Made by a program: the position numbers and the translations under genes. A DNA stretch of 64,000 nt from Turneriella sp. (lineage in GTDB: Bacteria; Spirochaetota; Leptospiria; Turneriellales; Turneriellaceae): NCBI GenBank assembly GCA_046346945.1, contig JAXMHE010000001.1, positions 280,858-344,857 of the forward strand, given 5' to 3'. The notes under the pieces are model-generated. The model worked only from the letters and a program-made list of their open reading frames with translations, had not been told where the DNA came from and did not search any database. This document shows positions 62,306 to 64,000 of this stretch, one piece after another. Position 1 is the first letter of the stretch; every line of letters begins with the position of its first letter.

Positions 62306-62334
62306 CGCATTATACTCCAAGAGGCTGCATTCAT

Positions 62335-63504
62335 TCAGAACTTGTTGAAATATGCTGATTCTATTACGGCAGAGCAGAGACTGCCGACCGACTTGGTATC
62401 GATGACCAGTATCTGGTTCGACGCGCTGCGCGGGATTCCATATATCTTACCATTCGTAGCCAGCACCCCCGAAGCCCATTTATTTCCTGCACCGTAAACA
62501 GGGCCCAACAGGCGGGAGGTCAGCGTTTTTGGGTCAAATTCGAGAACCTGTGTCGCAACGTGAGGGAGAAAATAAATTTTTCCATTCGGGGCATAGACTC
62601 CACCCATGTAGTTGAATGCGGTCGCACCGAAACTGCCAAGCTCTTGCGTGCCTCGCGTCGTTGGATTGATTTCCAATATTGTTCCCGTGGCCCCGGGAGC
62701 GGCATAAATTTTCCCTGTGTTCGCCAGAGCCGCGCCGAACCATTTTGACGCTGTTCCAGACAGCGATCCAAATTGCTGAATTGTGTCCGTTGTTGGGTCG
62801 ATCTCGAGAAATGCCAAAAGATCTGCCGGGGGAGCGAGAATTTTTCCATTGGGTGCCAGCTGAGCGCCGGCCCACTTGGCCCCGGCACCTGGCGAGCCAA
62901 AGTAAGTGTGTGTATCGTTTGCCGGGTTTATCTTGATTACGGCTGTGTATAAATGCGGAACTCCATAGATATATCCGTTCGGCGCAAGCGTCGTTCCCGT
63001 AAAATGCGCCCCACCGGATGCAGCTGTTCCCGTCGTATTCACAGCCGTGCTCGGCGGGGTGAAGACCCGCGGTAGAGTTTCGTTGTAGCCATTGAAATAA
63101 ATTTTGCCATTTGCTGCTAACGTCCCACTGGTGTACGCTGTGACACCTGGGGCTGTTCCAGCTGTCGTGTATGTGTCCGTTGCCGGATCGATCTCCAGGT
63201 GTGAAATGGCACTCAATGGATTGCCGTAAATTTTTCCGTTCGCGCCAAGCACTCCACCATGGTAGAGCTCAGTTCCCGCGGGGCCTGCGACAGTCGTGAT
63301 GACCGGATCTCCCGTGACGCCTTTATCGGCCTGTGCCTGCAGATATTTCTGCACCTGCGACCAGTTCTCGGGTTGTATCATTTCGAGCCGGGAGAGGCCG
63401 CAGGGAGTCGACTCAGCGGATTGCACTTCCCAAAAGCGACCCCAACTCTGTCCACATGATACGCATGAAAATACGATTACGGAAAATAACAATAAGCGTA
63501 CCAT
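62335..63504 (-). CDS. Repeat beta-propeller lipoprotein
   Basis: About seven G.LA.NGKIY..P repeats; lipobox CVSC followed by GQSWGRFWEV. Confidence 0.8.
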   Translation of the reverse strand: MVRLLLFSVIVFSCVSCGQSWGRFWEVQSAESTPCGLSRLEMIQPENWSQVQKYLQAQADKGVTGDPVITTVAGPAGTELYHGGVLGANGKIYGNPLSAISHLEIDPATDTYTTAGTAPGVTAYTSGTLAANGKIYFNGYNETLPRVFTPPSTAVNTTGTAASGGAHFTGTTLAPNGYIYGVPHLYTAVIKINPANDTHTYFGSPGAGAKWAGAQLAPNGKILAPPADLLAFLEIDPTTDTIQQFGSLSGTASKWFGAALANTGKIYAAPGATGTILEINPTTRGTQELGSFGATAFNYMGGVYAPNGKIYFLPHVATQVLEFDPKTLTSRLLGPVYGAGNKWASGVLATNGKIYGIPRSASNQILVIDTKSVGSLCSAVIESAYFNKF

Positions 63505-63583
63505 ATTACGGCACAGTGGCCGGGCAAGCTTGCGTGTCAAAACTTAACAGCGTACATGCGCGACTGGGTTGCGGGATGCTAAA

Positions 63584-64000
63584 TTATACTGCCGCAATCT
63601 TACGCCACGGCCGCGCCGCTTCGAGCGTGTAAGCGATCTCGAGCAATGTGCGCTCGTTGCCGTGCGCGGCCTGAAATTGCACCGCAATCGGCAGGTCATT
63701 CGCACACACACCCATTGGCAATGAAATCGCCGGGCTGCCTGCTGCGTTGTTCAGCGGAGTAAATGCAACATAGCGCATGAGTCGCTCGTACAGCTCGTCA
63801 AACGATTGGCCCGGATTCAGATGCCCGAGCTTCGGCACGACATGGCCGAGAACGGGTGACAGCACCGCGTCGTAAGGGCGCATTGCCGTCTTGTAGAGAT
63901 TCTCTGACTGGTTGAGACGGTAGAGCATGCCAGGGGTTTTCAACATGCGTTTGCGGTAATAATCCACCAAACCTTTGCTGAACGGGTCGAGTTTTTTAGG
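63584..64000 (-). CDS. Amidase family protein, C-terminal part (starts beyond the window)
   Basis: FTPLNNAAGSPAISLPMG...LPIAVQF...ERTLL..AYTLE. Confidence 0.85.
   Translation of the reverse strand, partial: PKKLDPFSKGLVDYYRKRMLKTPGMLYRLNQSENLYKTAMRPYDAVLSPVLGHVVPKLGHLNPGQSFDELYERLMRYVAFTPLNNAAGSPAISLPMGVCANDLPIAVQFQAAHGNERTLLEIAYTLEAARPWRKIAAV

Overview
Bacterial chromosomal window, probably from a Leptospiraceae spirochete (Turneriella-like). That assignment is an inference from the many spirochaete-type lipoproteins, the DUF1566/FG-GAP/FGE surface proteins, a double-GAF sigma54 activator and futalosine-pathway mqnA. I saw no rRNA, tRNA or CRISPR. Content: envelope and housekeeping genes (acyltransferase, MCP, three FKBP PPIases, zapA, mlaA/mlaC, purM, OMPs); a roughly 7 kb zone (22.5-29.5 kb) where most genes are frameshifted, probably assembly error; a lone tyrosine recombinase; and a dispersed purine-to-glyoxylate pathway (xdhA/B/C with a sigma54 promoter, puuD, allB, allC, a plant-type ureidoglycolate amidohydrolase, allE) interleaved with unrelated genes. 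Most notable observations: (1) three lipoproteins with unrelated folds share the motif C-x(1-3)-S-W-G-[KR]-F-W-[ED]-V directly after the lipidated Cys, written with different synonymous codons, a candidate undescribed sorting or anchoring signal; (2) the plant-like urea-free ureide route; (3) an unannotated stand-alone 52-aa MshEN-like protein; (4) an amber codon right after the lipobox of a large beta-helix surface protein; (5) a perfect hairpin burying the allB start codon; (6) a recurring -35 box 33-37 nt upstream of SD-less start codons, suggesting leaderless mRNAs. All family calls come from motif recognition by eye; no database search was run.
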